A DNA stretch of 64,000 nucleotides from an uncultured Clostridia bacterium (GCA_947625735.1 CANQPL010000006.1:38844-102843); one strand, 5' to 3'; counted from the first letter of the stretch, positions 18,101 to 27,714 are shown. Notes: generated by a model from the sequence alone, not told the origin. A program made the numbers and translations.

Positions 18101-18567
18101 AGAAAATGTGAAAGCTCAGCCTTGTCCATACCCTCCATACGTATGCCGCTTACAGCAACTGGCATCATGTTGGGGTTTAGCTTCATAAGATAGGGAGTGC
18201 CGATCATATCGTCGTCCCAGTAGCCTTCAACCTGATTGAGGGCTTGAATAATATCTACCGTAGCGGCGTCCATGTTGGTATCTTCTTCAAATTCAAGCAT
18301 TACCATGGAGGCATTTTCACTTGATGTGGAACTGATGTTTACAATGCCGCTGAGAGTACCCATAGCCTGTTCGATAGGCTTTGAGATAACTGTTTCCACC
18401 TTTTCCGGAGCTGCTCCGGGATAGGTCGTTACTATGACCGCATACGGAAGATCGATGCTCGGCATAAGATCCGGGGTCATACGGGTGTAGGAAACTATAC
18501 CCAGAACAATAGCCGCAATGACTGCCATAAATACAGTCAAAGGATTTTTGACGCTGAACCTTGACAT
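15160..18567 (-). CDS. AcrB/SwrC-like RND permease
   Basis: DLMPSIDLP, GMLVDNSIVVIEN, NNGIVLVD, RMRPIFMT; start at ATG 18567 after AAGGAG. Confidence 0.9.
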   Translation of the reverse strand: MSRFSVKNPLTVFMAVIAAIVLGIVSYTRMTPDLMPSIDLPYAVIVTTYPGAAPEKVETVISKPIEQAMGTLSGIVNISSTSSENASMVMLEFEEDTNMDAATVDIIQALNQVEGYWDDDMIGTPYLMKLNPNMMPVAVSGIRMEGMDKAELSHFLDEKILSRLEGIDGVASITTVGNVTEQISVLLSEDKINALYDKIYESVDKNFIDPQKELDDGKAQLDESQAQLDEAMAAFDKAIADIDATPGLTDEMKDAMKAQVTSSPEYVQVSEGIKELENARSELEKGQEELDSAKEEAHKAVDLSPLLSMDTISGILTAQSFSMPAGYVYEGEKSIMMSVGDEITNTEQISSLVLADLKMDGLDPIKLDDVADVLITDNSADIYAKMNGEDGIMLTFSKQSSYATAEVSDNIAREFEELTEEYPGIEFITLMDQGDYIHLVVNSITSSLLWGAVFAVIVLFIFLRDIRPTFITLCSIPVSVLFAVCLMYFSGITLNMMSLSGLAIAVGMLVDNSIVVIENTYRLKSRGESTVKAALSGAAQVAGAITASTLTTICVFLPIVFVEGLTRTLFVDMALTLGYALVASLIIALTFVPAISSKILKKVPKSAEQKEGGISGKYKTAVTWCLSHKAVVFAVSLVLLVGSIYLELSRGFTFMPEMDMPQLMATLETPIGTSYEDTIATADEAISRIHTVSEVEMTGVMMSSGMSLLGSGGDNSVTFYIMLDENKTRSSKEISDEINGLCADLNGEFEVTNSMDISALMGGSGITVNIYNEDLDVLRQTAQEISDIIAGVEGIGNIENGLEQTDPALKITVDKEKAMLKGLTTAQIFMELSDAASNEQKAIDVIMDTSTYEVYISNKDTDSLSPEDIRNYTIEVTGTDGETEEVKLSDIAEIEDTNALSSISRSNQRRYLTVTAELADGYNISLVADDVEAALDGYTLPAGTEIEVTGENTSIRDAMQDLINMMLLGIMLVYMIMVAQFKSLKSPFIVMFTIPLAFTGGMLGLLITGFEVSVISMLGFVMLCGIIVNNGIVLVDFINQLRLEGMERRKAIAEAGAARMRPIFMTSITTILGLIVMALGRESGAEMMQPIAIVCISGLIYATLLTLFVIPCLYDLMNKKDLTKLSEDDLEISKL

Positions 18568-18717
18568 AAACATACTCCTTGTAAAAATTTTTTCTCTTGA
18601 CATTCAAGTCCTTTAATATTATAATATAATATAAAGTCAAACACAACTGTCAATATTTTGCAAAATGCTCAAAATTACACAGATTTTCAAGATATGTCAT
18701 GATTTGAGGTTATTTTT

Positions 18718-19284
18718 ATGAAAAAAGTATACCGCAGCGCCTTGCGCTCAAAAAAGCTGATACGTCAGGCGTTCATATCTCTTCTTAAGGAGAAGAAGCT
18801 CGAACAGATCACTGTAGTGGAAATATCCGAACGAGCAGACATTAGCCGCAATACCTTTTATGCACATTATTACGATGTTTACGCGGTGCTTGAAGAATAC
18901 CGATCGGAAATGATGCAAAAATTGATAGGAATGCTGGGAAGTGAACCCGAAGAACAGAGCAAGGAGGATTATATGCCTCATTTTCGTCAGATAGCAAATT
19001 ATATTGACGAAAACAAGGAGGATTTTAGGGTGCTTCTTGAAACGATTCCAGATGTACTTGTTTCGTCTGATATGCGTGATGTGATGCTTCACAGGGCATC
19101 AGAAAGGCTCTCTGCCGTGAAGATTGCCGACAAAACGGGATTTCTTGTTTTCTGCAATGTGGTGATTTCGGGATTTTTCAGCCTTATGAATCTATATCTT
19201 ATGGATAAGACCGATCTTTCCGCGGAGGCTATTGTTGACCATATTGAGAAGATATACCGTACAGGCATTATCTATTATAAATAG
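18718..19284 (+). CDS. TetR/AcrR family regulator
   Basis: ITVVEISERADISRNTFYAHY HTH; divergent from the RND gene. Confidence 0.85.
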   Translation: MKKVYRSALRSKKLIRQAFISLLKEKKLEQITVVEISERADISRNTFYAHYYDVYAVLEEYRSEMMQKLIGMLGSEPEEQSKEDYMPHFRQIANYIDENKEDFRVLLETIPDVLVSSDMRDVMLHRASERLSAVKIADKTGFLVFCNVVISGFFSLMNLYLMDKTDLSAEAIVDHIEKIYRTGIIYYK

Positions 19285-19310
19285 TGGGTCGTACCTGAAA
19301 ACAGTCATTA

Positions 19311-19338
19311 ACTGCCGGTAAAAGCCGGCAGTTTTTTA
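19311..19338 (+). terminator. Intrinsic terminator
   Basis: ACTGCCGG-TAAAAG-CCGGCAGT followed by T tract. Confidence 0.75.
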
Positions 19339-19376
19339 TGGAAGAACAGGCGATCGGGGCGCAGATCTGCACGGTA

Positions 19377-21494
19377 TCATTTGTTGTTTTTTGCTTTTCC
19401 GATCCTTCTGACCTTTACTTTTATGGGCGTCTTTGAACGGATAGTCTCCGCCTTTTGTGCAGCCTCCTCAATAAAATACTGCTGTGCATCAACAGCTTTT
19501 TCGTCCTCTGCGGGTGACAGCCGCTTATATGTACCATCGGGGAGCTGGATCCTTGCCTTGGTGTTATCCATAAGCAGGACGTTAAAGATATCAAGAATCC
19601 GCTGACATATACGCTCTGAATAAACAGGCGCTGCAACCTCTACTCTGCGGACTGTATTTCTTGTCATAAAATCGGCGGAGGAGATGTAGACCTTGCGCCT
19701 GTCGCCCTTGCCGAAAATATATATCCTTGAATGTTCAAGATATCTTCCTACAATGCTGCGGACAGTGATATTTTCCGTAACACCCTCCACTCCTGCCACA
19801 AGGCAGCAGATACCTCGGATCACCATTTCGATCTTTACTCCTGCGCAGCTTGCTTCTATCAGCTTATCCATGAGATATTTGTCTGTAAGGGAGTTGAGCT
19901 TTAAGCCTATATAAGCCTCCTCTCCCTCTGCGGCTGCGGCGATCTCTCTGTCGATAAGCTCGGCTACTTTGTTCTGAAGTGAAAGGGGAGCTACCATAAG
20001 ATGATTGCTGTTTTCTACAAGATTTCCGATAGAAAGGGCGTTGAACACCTTTCCTGCTTCTTTGCCTATGCCTGCATGAGCAGTAAGCAGCGACAGATCG
20101 GTGTAAAGCTCAGAGGTCTTTTCATTGTAATTTCCTGTGCCTATCTGGGTTATATATTTAAGCTCATCGCCGCACTTACGGGTTATGAGAAGCAGCTTTG
20201 AATGTACTTTCAGGCTTTCAGGACCGTACATCACCTTGCAGCCTGCTCTTTCAAGGCGTTTTGACCAGCCTATGTTATTTTCCTCATCGAAACGGGCACG
20301 AAGCTCTACAAGCACAAATACCTCCTTGCCGTTTTCCGCTGCATTGATAAGCGCCTCGATTATCTTAGAATCGGAAGCGACACGGTAAAGAGTTATTTTT
20401 ATGGATATTACATCAGGATCGCTGCCCGCCTCCAGAAGCAGACGGATAAATGGGCGGATACTCTCATAGGGGTAGCTGAGCATAATATCATGACTTTCTA
20501 TCTGCGGTATGATCGGCGCATCGTGGATTATCTCTGCCGAACGCTTCGGGGATACAGGGGCATAGAAAAGCTCGGGATATTTTTTCTCCAGTCTGTTTCT
20601 GAGCGTGAAAATAAAGGTCATATCAAGCGGCGCACGGCTGACGGAGATCTGCTCCTCTTTTAATTCCAGATGTCTGCAAAGATGCTTTATCGCTTCACTG
20701 CCCGGGTCCCCTGAGATCTCAAGACGGACAGGGGAGAGCTTCTTCCGCTTTTTAAGCAGCTCCTGCATTACCTCACGAAGATCCACATCGTGATCGTAAA
20801 GCCCCTCCTCCATATTGATATCCGCATTTCTTGTTATCCTGATAAGCGCTTTGTTAAGTATCCTGTAATTTTCAAAAACTATACCGCAGTAGTGCAGAAT
20901 AATATCCTCCGCCAGAAGAAAACGCAGTTTATCCTTATGGGGCAGCAGAACGATCCTCGGAAAGCTGCCGTTTACGGGAATTATCCCCAGCTTTACGGAA
21001 TTTTTCGATTCCAGATGAGTTACCGCATAGATGCTTTTATTGCTTAAAAAGGGAAACGGGTGACGCTTGTCCACTACATGGGGAGAGATAAGAGGACGTA
21101 TTTCCGAGTTAAAGTAAGCCTTTATATATTCCTCCTCGGATTCACTCAGAGAAGAAAAGCTGACTTGTTCCACACCGTATGCCGAAAGCTCCTTCATAGT
21201 GTTCTTGTATGCCTTATCCTGCCGCACTACAAGCTCATTCACTTTTTTATAGATTGCTTTAAGCTGATCGGCAGGAGACATACCTGTCTTGTTGTCCGCC
21301 TTGTTATCGTCTACAAGTGTGCGGTCATAGAGAGAGCCTACACGTATCATAAAAAATTCGTCCAGATTAGACCGATAAATTTGTGAAAAGAGAAGCCGTT
21401 CGCAGAGAGGAACGTTTTTGTCCTCCGCTTCTTCAAGCACTCTTACATTAAATTTGAGCCAGCTAAGCTCCCGGTTATCAAAACAGGTATTCAT
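19377..21494 (-). CDS. ppk1: Polyphosphate kinase 1
   Basis: NRELSWL, NLDEFFMIRVG, ELRARFDEENN, KVHSK, GTGNYNE, SADFMTRN. Confidence 0.95.
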   Translation of the reverse strand: MNTCFDNRELSWLKFNVRVLEEAEDKNVPLCERLLFSQIYRSNLDEFFMIRVGSLYDRTLVDDNKADNKTGMSPADQLKAIYKKVNELVVRQDKAYKNTMKELSAYGVEQVSFSSLSESEEEYIKAYFNSEIRPLISPHVVDKRHPFPFLSNKSIYAVTHLESKNSVKLGIIPVNGSFPRIVLLPHKDKLRFLLAEDIILHYCGIVFENYRILNKALIRITRNADINMEEGLYDHDVDLREVMQELLKKRKKLSPVRLEISGDPGSEAIKHLCRHLELKEEQISVSRAPLDMTFIFTLRNRLEKKYPELFYAPVSPKRSAEIIHDAPIIPQIESHDIMLSYPYESIRPFIRLLLEAGSDPDVISIKITLYRVASDSKIIEALINAAENGKEVFVLVELRARFDEENNIGWSKRLERAGCKVMYGPESLKVHSKLLLITRKCGDELKYITQIGTGNYNEKTSELYTDLSLLTAHAGIGKEAGKVFNALSIGNLVENSNHLMVAPLSLQNKVAELIDREIAAAAEGEEAYIGLKLNSLTDKYLMDKLIEASCAGVKIEMVIRGICCLVAGVEGVTENITVRSIVGRYLEHSRIYIFGKGDRRKVYISSADFMTRNTVRRVEVAAPVYSERICQRILDIFNVLLMDNTKARIQLPDGTYKRLSPAEDEKAVDAQQYFIEEAAQKAETIRSKTPIKVKVRRIGKAKNNK

Positions 21495-21515
21495 AACAAA
21501 ACCTCACTTTTGAAA

Positions 21516-21677
21516 TTATCCTTTTTTATCATCATCAGACTTTTTATTTTTGCAGCCTGAGCGGCATTGTTCACAGTTACCGCAGCATCCGCCGTCTTTG
21601 TGGGTGAGCATATATCTTACCGCACAGAAAAGCAGAAAGAATATTATTCCCAGTGCAATAAAGTCAGCAGTACCCAT
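21516..21677 (-). CDS. FeoB-associated Cys-rich small membrane protein (not in ORF track)
   Basis: MGTADFIALGIIFFLLFCAVRYMLTHKDGGCCGNCEQCRSGCKNKKSDDDKKG*, RBS GGAGG, directly after feoB. Confidence 0.85.
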   Translation of the reverse strand: MGTADFIALGIIFFLLFCAVRYMLTHKDGGCCGNCEQCRSGCKNKKSDDDKKG

Positions 21678-21686
21678 GTTATCCTC

Positions 21687-23693
21687 CTAAAATAACAGTG
21701 ACCCCACTGTGTAGACCGCAAATGCGGCTATCCACGCAACGGCGCACTGAACAAGCACAAAGGAAAGCGCCGCAAATGAGGAATTAAGCTCCCGTCTGAC
21801 TGCGGACACCGCTGCCACACAGGGAGTATAAAGCAGTGAAAATACCAGAAAGCTCGCCGCAGTGACGGGGGTGAACAGTCCTCCCAGCAGTGAGGGCAGA
21901 AGATCCTGAGATGATGCTCCCATAAGCACAGACAGTGTGGAAACGACTGCCTCCTTTGCCGTAAAGCCCGTTATAAGTGCGGTGGAAATACGCCAGTCAT
22001 TAAAGCCCAGCGGTGCAAACAGAGGTGCAATTATACGTCCGATTGCTGCAAGCATACTCATAGAGCTGTCGCTCACGGTGTTGAGCCTTGTGTCAAAGGA
22101 CTGCAAAAACCAGATGATTATTGATGCGGTAAATATTACGGTAAATGCTCGTGTCAGAAAATCCTTTGCTTTATCCCACATGAGCATAAGTACGCTTTTG
22201 AGAGAGGGAAAACGATAGTTGGGAAGCTCCATTACAAAGGGAACGGGATTTCCTCTGAAACGGGTCTTGCCGATTATCATTCCGTATATTACAGCGCATA
22301 TTATGCCGAAAAAGTACAGCAGACACATAACAAGCGCACTGTGATCGGGAAAAAATGCCATAGAGAAAACCGAGTATATAGGCAGCTTTGCACTGCATGA
22401 CATAAATGGGGTCAGAAATACGGTCATTTTTCTGTCACGCTCCGAGGAGAGAGTCCTTGTTGCCATGATCGCAGGGACTGAGCAGCCGAAGCCTATTATC
22501 ATGGGAACAAAGGAGCGTCCCGAAAGTCCTATCTTACGCAGCAGATTATCCATAACAAAGGCAACTCTTGCCATGTAGCCGCTGTCCTCAAGAACTGACA
22601 GGAAGAAAAACAGTGTGACAATTGTAGGAAGAAAGCTGAGTACACTGCCTACACCTGCAAAGATACCGTCAATTATAAGACTGTGTACAACGGGATTGAG
22701 TCCGTAGGCTGTAAGTCCGCGGTCAGCGGCAAGGGTTATCCTGTCAATTGCAAGCGACAGCAGATCGCTTAAAAATGCGCCAATCACACCAAAAGTCAGC
22801 CAGAATACCGCAGCCATTATAAGTATAAAAAGGGGTATTGCAAGCAGCTTATGAGTAAGGATATTGTCTATCTTTACACTGCGGATATGCTCCTTGCTTT
22901 CATGGCATCTGACTACTGTCCTGCTGCAAACGTCCTCGATAAATGTATAACGCATATCGGCAATGGCAGCATTTCTGTCAAGACCCGCCTCAGATTCCAT
23001 TTCCGTGATAGTATGCTCGATCATGTGAAGCTCGTTTTCGTCAAGCTCCAGCATACGTGTGATCTCGGGATCTCCCTCTATGAGCTTTGTGGCACAGAAA
23101 CGTCTGCCCAGTCCTACATTGTCTGCATGATCCTCAATTATATGACAGATAGCATGGATACAGCGGTGAACAGCTCCCTCACAGTAGTCTATATGCTTTG
23201 GCTGCTTTTTTTTGCGTGCAGTTTCCACCGCAATGTCAATAAGCTCGTCAACGCCCTCATTTTTTACTGCTGAGATTGGGACTACGGGTATACCCAGTCT
23301 GTCGGAAAGCTCCTTTATATCTATGGTGCCGCCGTTATTTTTGACCTCGTCCATCATATTAAGCGCCAGTACCATAGGAATTTTCAGCTCACTGAGCTGA
23401 AGGGTAAGATAAAGATTGCGCTCAATATTTGTGGCATCAGCAATATTAATGATGCCGTCGGGCTTTTGCTTGATAAGAAAATCACGGGTAACGATCTCCT
23501 CTCCCGTATAGGGACGAATTGAATATATACCCGGAAGATCCACCACAGAGCAGTCCTTTATTCCTCTTATCTCACCGCTTTTTTCCTCTACCGTAACTCC
23601 CGGAAAATTGCCAACGTGCTGATTAGAGCCTGTAAGCTGATTAAACAGAGTGGTTTTTCCGCAGTTCTGGTTTCCTGCAAGAGCAAATATCAT
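21687..23693 (-). CDS. feoB: Ferrous iron transporter B
   Basis: GNQNCGKTT, VGNFPGVT, DLPG, GFGCSVPA, MELPNY. Confidence 0.95.
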   Translation of the reverse strand: MIFALAGNQNCGKTTLFNQLTGSNQHVGNFPGVTVEEKSGEIRGIKDCSVVDLPGIYSIRPYTGEEIVTRDFLIKQKPDGIINIADATNIERNLYLTLQLSELKIPMVLALNMMDEVKNNGGTIDIKELSDRLGIPVVPISAVKNEGVDELIDIAVETARKKKQPKHIDYCEGAVHRCIHAICHIIEDHADNVGLGRRFCATKLIEGDPEITRMLELDENELHMIEHTITEMESEAGLDRNAAIADMRYTFIEDVCSRTVVRCHESKEHIRSVKIDNILTHKLLAIPLFILIMAAVFWLTFGVIGAFLSDLLSLAIDRITLAADRGLTAYGLNPVVHSLIIDGIFAGVGSVLSFLPTIVTLFFFLSVLEDSGYMARVAFVMDNLLRKIGLSGRSFVPMIIGFGCSVPAIMATRTLSSERDRKMTVFLTPFMSCSAKLPIYSVFSMAFFPDHSALVMCLLYFFGIICAVIYGMIIGKTRFRGNPVPFVMELPNYRFPSLKSVLMLMWDKAKDFLTRAFTVIFTASIIIWFLQSFDTRLNTVSDSSMSMLAAIGRIIAPLFAPLGFNDWRISTALITGFTAKEAVVSTLSVLMGASSQDLLPSLLGGLFTPVTAASFLVFSLLYTPCVAAVSAVRRELNSSFAALSFVLVQCAVAWIAAFAVYTVGSLLF

Positions 23694-23749
23694 AGTATAT
23701 TCTCTGCCTATTGAAATTATTCAACTAACGGCTTTTTCCTTTCAATTTT

Positions 23750-23977
23750 TTAGTCTTTGGGACTTACCTCGATTTTACGGGCATCTTCAAGGCGGATTGT
23801 AAGCTCATAGCCTCTGAGCCGCAGCTCAATAGGGTCGCCCATAGGTGCGGTCTTTCGGATCATGACCTCGGTGCGTGGGATAAGTCCCATATCCAGAAGC
23901 CTGCACCTGAGCGCACCCTCTCCTCCTACAGAGGTTATCACTGCATTTTTGCCGATAGGCAGCTTATCAAGGGTCAT
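23750..23977 (-). CDS. feoA: Ferrous iron transport protein A
   Basis: RLLDMGLIP..APMGDPIELRLRGYELTIR. Confidence 0.95.
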   Translation of the reverse strand: MTLDKLPIGKNAVITSVGGEGALRCRLLDMGLIPRTEVMIRKTAPMGDPIELRLRGYELTIRLEDARKIEVSPKD

Positions 23978-23983
23978 ATAAGA

Positions 23984-24832
23984 TCATTCCTTTACAAATT
24001 CACAGAGACGGGAAAAATATCCTGCCTCATTTAGTATATTTTCAGCGGTTTTGCCCGCAGCTTTATCCTCAAAAAGTCCGAATACCGCCGACCCGCTTCC
24101 CGTCATACAGGAGCAGACTGCGCCGTTTTCCGTCATAAGCTGTCTGAGTGCCGCCACCTCCCGAAGTCCCGTCACCTCATCGAAAGCATTTCTGCAATAA
24201 GGAGCAATGCGGGAAAGAGAGGGGGCATCTGAAAAAATATTAAAGAGATCGTTCTGCTCCGTACAGATACCGCGCTCGTCTATCCTCCTGTAAGCCTCAG
24301 CAGTGGAAATACCCTCTCTGCCCTTGCCTATAAGCACATAGCCGCAAAGCGGGGGGAGAGGTCTGATAATTTCGCCGATGCCTGTGCAGTATCCGCAGCC
24401 GCCCATTACACAAAATGGGATATCCGCTCCCACTCCTGCACCGAGAGCGCAAAGCTCCTCTGCGGAAAGTCCCGTTTTATAAAGTAAATTCAGACCTTTA
24501 AGAACTGCCGCTCCGTCTGCACTTCCGCCGCCCATGCCTGCCTGTGAGGGAATGGCTTTTTCAATTGAGATATGTATATCACGGTCACTTATATTTGTTT
24601 CAGAGAAAAAAATGTCCGCACATTTATAGGCGATATTTTTTTCATCGCAGGGTATCGTATCATCGGTGCAGTGTATCGTGATTCCTTTCCCGCCCTTTTC
24701 AAGAGTGACGGTATCATGTATTGAAATGGTATGCATAATGGTTTTAAGCAGATGATAACCGTCACTTCTTTTGCCTGTAACATCAAGATAAAGATTTATT
24801 TTGGCATACGCATTAAGTGATATCCTGTCCAA
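23984..24832 (-). CDS. ispE: 4-diphosphocytidyl-2-C-methyl-D-erythritol kinase
   Basis: AYAKINLYLD, IPSQAGMGGGSADGAA, GADIPFC, MTGSGS. Confidence 0.95.
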   Translation of the reverse strand: MDRISLNAYAKINLYLDVTGKRSDGYHLLKTIMHTISIHDTVTLEKGGKGITIHCTDDTIPCDEKNIAYKCADIFFSETNISDRDIHISIEKAIPSQAGMGGGSADGAAVLKGLNLLYKTGLSAEELCALGAGVGADIPFCVMGGCGYCTGIGEIIRPLPPLCGYVLIGKGREGISTAEAYRRIDERGICTEQNDLFNIFSDAPSLSRIAPYCRNAFDEVTGLREVAALRQLMTENGAVCSCMTGSGSAVFGLFEDKAAGKTAENILNEAGYFSRLCEFVKE

Positions 24833-24843
24833 TTTAATACCCC

Positions 24844-25824
24844 TCAGTTCATATACTCGTCAAATTCCTTTACCATGATCCCGCCGCTTATACCGCAGGC
24901 ATAGTTAAAGGATACCATATACCCCTCGGCGAATATGCTTTCCTTATCCACAAGGCTGTAGGGGCGTTCCTCTGTGCCGTTATCCGCAAGTCCGTTAAGA
25001 AATGCGGCGGCAAGCTCCGTTCTTTCATCAATGGAGGCATTTTTATATTCATCGGAGCTCATCCACTTACTGATAGCATCGTCCACAGCCTCAATATCCG
25101 CAAGCTCCTTGTCGGTAAAGGGTTCACATACCCATATCTTAACGATGTCGGAATAGTAGCCTGTGTTGTTTTCGGTATAGGTTACATAAAAGTGATAGTT
25201 TCTTTCCTCCGAAACATCGGGATCGGTGTCTATGTTTGTATCAAGAGTGTACCTGCAGCAATAGACGCCGTCGCCCTTTACGGTATCACCGTAACGGTCA
25301 TAGTCTGCATCATCATACAGCTCTGCTGCGGTGTTGCCCGTATCTACATTGATAAGCTCCAGACGTTTCGGTGAATGCCCGGGAGGTATCTCGGCGGAGA
25401 AAATGATCTCTCCGCTGTCAACACCTGCCTGTATTTCCGTTGCGCTTGCTTTCAGGGAGATGACAAGATTTTTTTGTGCCGTTGTGGATTCTGTCGATAC
25501 TGTGTCCTCCGAAGCCGCCGGATGATCGTCTGGGACAGTTGTCGGCGCAGTTTCGGTGACTTCTGAGGCAGCGGCGGCTCTTACGGAGCTTTGTACAGTG
25601 GTTTCCTTTTCGGAAACAGAGGTTGTTTCTGCTGATGTCTCCGATTTTGTTTCTTCGATTGACTCTGTTTCTCTGATCGTTTCTGTATCCTCGATAGTTT
25701 CTGTTTCACTGATAGTTTCGGTTTCTTCTGTCGTTTCTGTAAGCTCATCTGCCGGTGACGATTCACTGCCGCAGCCTGCAAGCATAAGCGCAAGCATGGA
25801 CAATAGTAATAATTTTTTTGTCAT
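24844..25824 (-). CDS. Lipoprotein with Thr/Glu-rich linker and choice-of-anchor-X-like motif
   Basis: MTKKLLLLSMLALMLAGC lipobox; TETTEET low-complexity tract; LYDD..D..GD...GDGVY. Confidence 0.7.
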   Translation of the reverse strand: MTKKLLLLSMLALMLAGCGSESSPADELTETTEETETISETETIEDTETIRETESIEETKSETSAETTSVSEKETTVQSSVRAAAASEVTETAPTTVPDDHPAASEDTVSTESTTAQKNLVISLKASATEIQAGVDSGEIIFSAEIPPGHSPKRLELINVDTGNTAAELYDDADYDRYGDTVKGDGVYCCRYTLDTNIDTDPDVSEERNYHFYVTYTENNTGYYSDIVKIWVCEPFTDKELADIEAVDDAISKWMSSDEYKNASIDERTELAAAFLNGLADNGTEERPYSLVDKESIFAEGYMVSFNYACGISGGIMVKEFDEYMN

Positions 25825-25825
25825 G

Positions 25826-27007
25826 TTAATTTTTTTCCTTTTTAACCTTTTCCACAAATTCTTTCATGCACTCCACAGCAGCCATAAGGTGTTTGAGAGA
25901 GTAGGCATAGGATATCCTGATAAAGCCCTCTCCGCATTCTCCGAAAGCATTTCCCGGAACTACTGCAACATTGTGTTCATAGAGCAGTCTTTCGCAGAAG
26001 TCCTCACTGGAAAGACCTGTTGACCTTATGCATGGGAATACATAGAATGCGCCTTTTGGTTCAAAGCAGTCAAGTCCTATATCGTTTAATGCCTTTACAA
26101 GCCAGCGTCTGCGCATATTATATTCGTCACGCATCTTTTTCACATCATCATCGCAGTGTGTAAGAGCTTCAATTGCTGCATACTGGGAAACGGTGGGGGC
26201 ACTCATGATAGCGTACTGGTGTATTTTAAGTATCTGCTGACAAACAGGTGCGGGAGCTGCCACATAACCCAGTCTCCAGCCCGTCATTGAATATGCCTTT
26301 GAAAATCCGTTTACAAGGATAGTGCGTTCCTGCATACCCTCCAGCTCCACAATAGAGCAGTGCTTTCCCGAATAGGTAAGCTCACTGTAAATTTCATCTG
26401 AGAGTACAAGTATATCCGTACCCCGCAGTATTTCTGCTATACCCTCAAGATCCTTTCTTTCCATAATAGCTCCCGTGGGATTGTTGGGAAACGGGAGGAT
26501 AAGCAGCTTTGTCCTGTCGGTGATCTTTTCTTTCAGCTGTGCGGGTGTGAGCCTGAACTCGTCCTCCGCTTTAGTTTCGATAGATATGGGTATGCCGCCC
26601 GAAAGTGACACGATAGGAGAGTAGCACACAAAGCACGGTTCAACTATCAGCACCTCGTCTCCGGGATTCACGACCGATCTTATAGCGGCATCAATACCCT
26701 CCGAGCCGCCTACCGTCACGATTATTTCATGCTCAGGGTCGTAGGAAACACCCAATGACTTTTTTATGTAACCGCTTATGGAGCTTCTCAGGTCACTGAG
26801 CCCCGAATTTGCGGTATATTTTGTTTTTCCTCTTTCAAGGGCGGTAATTGCAGCCTGCCGCACATTCCACGGGGTCTGAAAGTCAGGCTCACCTACTCCG
26901 AGGGAGATAACGCCCTCCATCTGATTTGCAAGGTCAAAGAATTTTCTTATGCCCGAGGGCTTCATTTCTCTGCATTTATCTGCAATAAGCTTATCATAGT
27001 CCATCAC
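25826..27007 (-). CDS. alaT: Class I/II PLP aminotransferase (AlaT/YugH-like)
   Basis: KPSGIRKFFDLA, GVGEPDF, NNPTG, SDEIY, GFSKAYSMTGWRLG; paired with an Lrp regulator as in B. subtilis yugG-yugH. Confidence 0.75.
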   Translation of the reverse strand: MMDYDKLIADKCREMKPSGIRKFFDLANQMEGVISLGVGEPDFQTPWNVRQAAITALERGKTKYTANSGLSDLRSSISGYIKKSLGVSYDPEHEIIVTVGGSEGIDAAIRSVVNPGDEVLIVEPCFVCYSPIVSLSGGIPISIETKAEDEFRLTPAQLKEKITDRTKLLILPFPNNPTGAIMERKDLEGIAEILRGTDILVLSDEIYSELTYSGKHCSIVELEGMQERTILVNGFSKAYSMTGWRLGYVAAPAPVCQQILKIHQYAIMSAPTVSQYAAIEALTHCDDDVKKMRDEYNMRRRWLVKALNDIGLDCFEPKGAFYVFPCIRSTGLSSEDFCERLLYEHNVAVVPGNAFGECGEGFIRISYAYSLKHLMAAVECMKEFVEKVKKEKN

Positions 27008-27492
27008 GGGGATACGAAGCCCCTTTCATCTTCGGCTTCGTTTTCAATAATAAAGCCTTGCTTTTTATACTGTTTGAGTACAAAATGTGTTGATGTGGAG
27101 ATAACGCCCTCTATAGTAGACAGACGTTTAGCAACAAAGAGAGCTATCTCCTTATAATCAGTACCCGTAAGAGTTACTGCGAAGTCAAAGGAACCCGACA
27201 TCAGCGTAACACTGTCAACCTCGTCATAGGACATAATTTTTCGGGCAAGATCCTCAAAGCCGAAGTCCGCCTGCGGAGTTGCTTTTACCTCGATAAAAGC
27301 TGTCACAAGGTTCTGATCCACAAGCTCATCATTGGTAATAACGCTGTAGCCCTTGATAACGCCCTTTTTCTCATAATCGGCGATACGTGAAGCAATTTCA
27401 TCGGCACTGACGCCCAGCATTACCGCCAGCTGTTCATCTGAAAGCCTTGCATTTTCCTTCAAAAGCCTGATAAGAGAATCCATATTTACCAT
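27004..27492 (-). CDS. Lrp/AsnC family regulator (AlaR/YugG-like)
   Basis: N-terminal HTH plus RAM domain (LMSGSFD, STSTHFVLKQYK); promoter TGGACA-17-TATAAT at 27575-27547. Confidence 0.85.
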   Translation of the reverse strand: MVNMDSLIRLLKENARLSDEQLAVMLGVSADEIASRIADYEKKGVIKGYSVITNDELVDQNLVTAFIEVKATPQADFGFEDLARKIMSYDEVDSVTLMSGSFDFAVTLTGTDYKEIALFVAKRLSTIEGVISTSTHFVLKQYKKQGFIIENEAEDERGFVSP

Positions 27493-27680
27493 CCTTTCTT
27501 GCTCTGCCGCACGGGGCGGCTAATCGGAAAAAATCTTCCACCTTATATTATACTACGCTTTTTTTAATTTGTCCATAATCTTTTGTAAATTTATCTTACA
27601 AAAGATTTATCGGGATCATAAAAACGACCAAAAATGTATGACCTTATCTGCAATATTCTTTTTTTACAGCTTGTCATACT

Positions 27681-27714
27681 TTCGACAAAATGAGAAAGGG
27701 GGATAAGCTATAAT
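27681..27714 (+). promoter_or_regulatory. spoIIG promoter with Spo0A box
   Basis: TTCGACA (reverse TGTCGAA, perfect 0A box) at 27681-87 and TATAAT at 27709-14, the long-spacer arrangement known for spoIIG. Confidence 0.6.
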
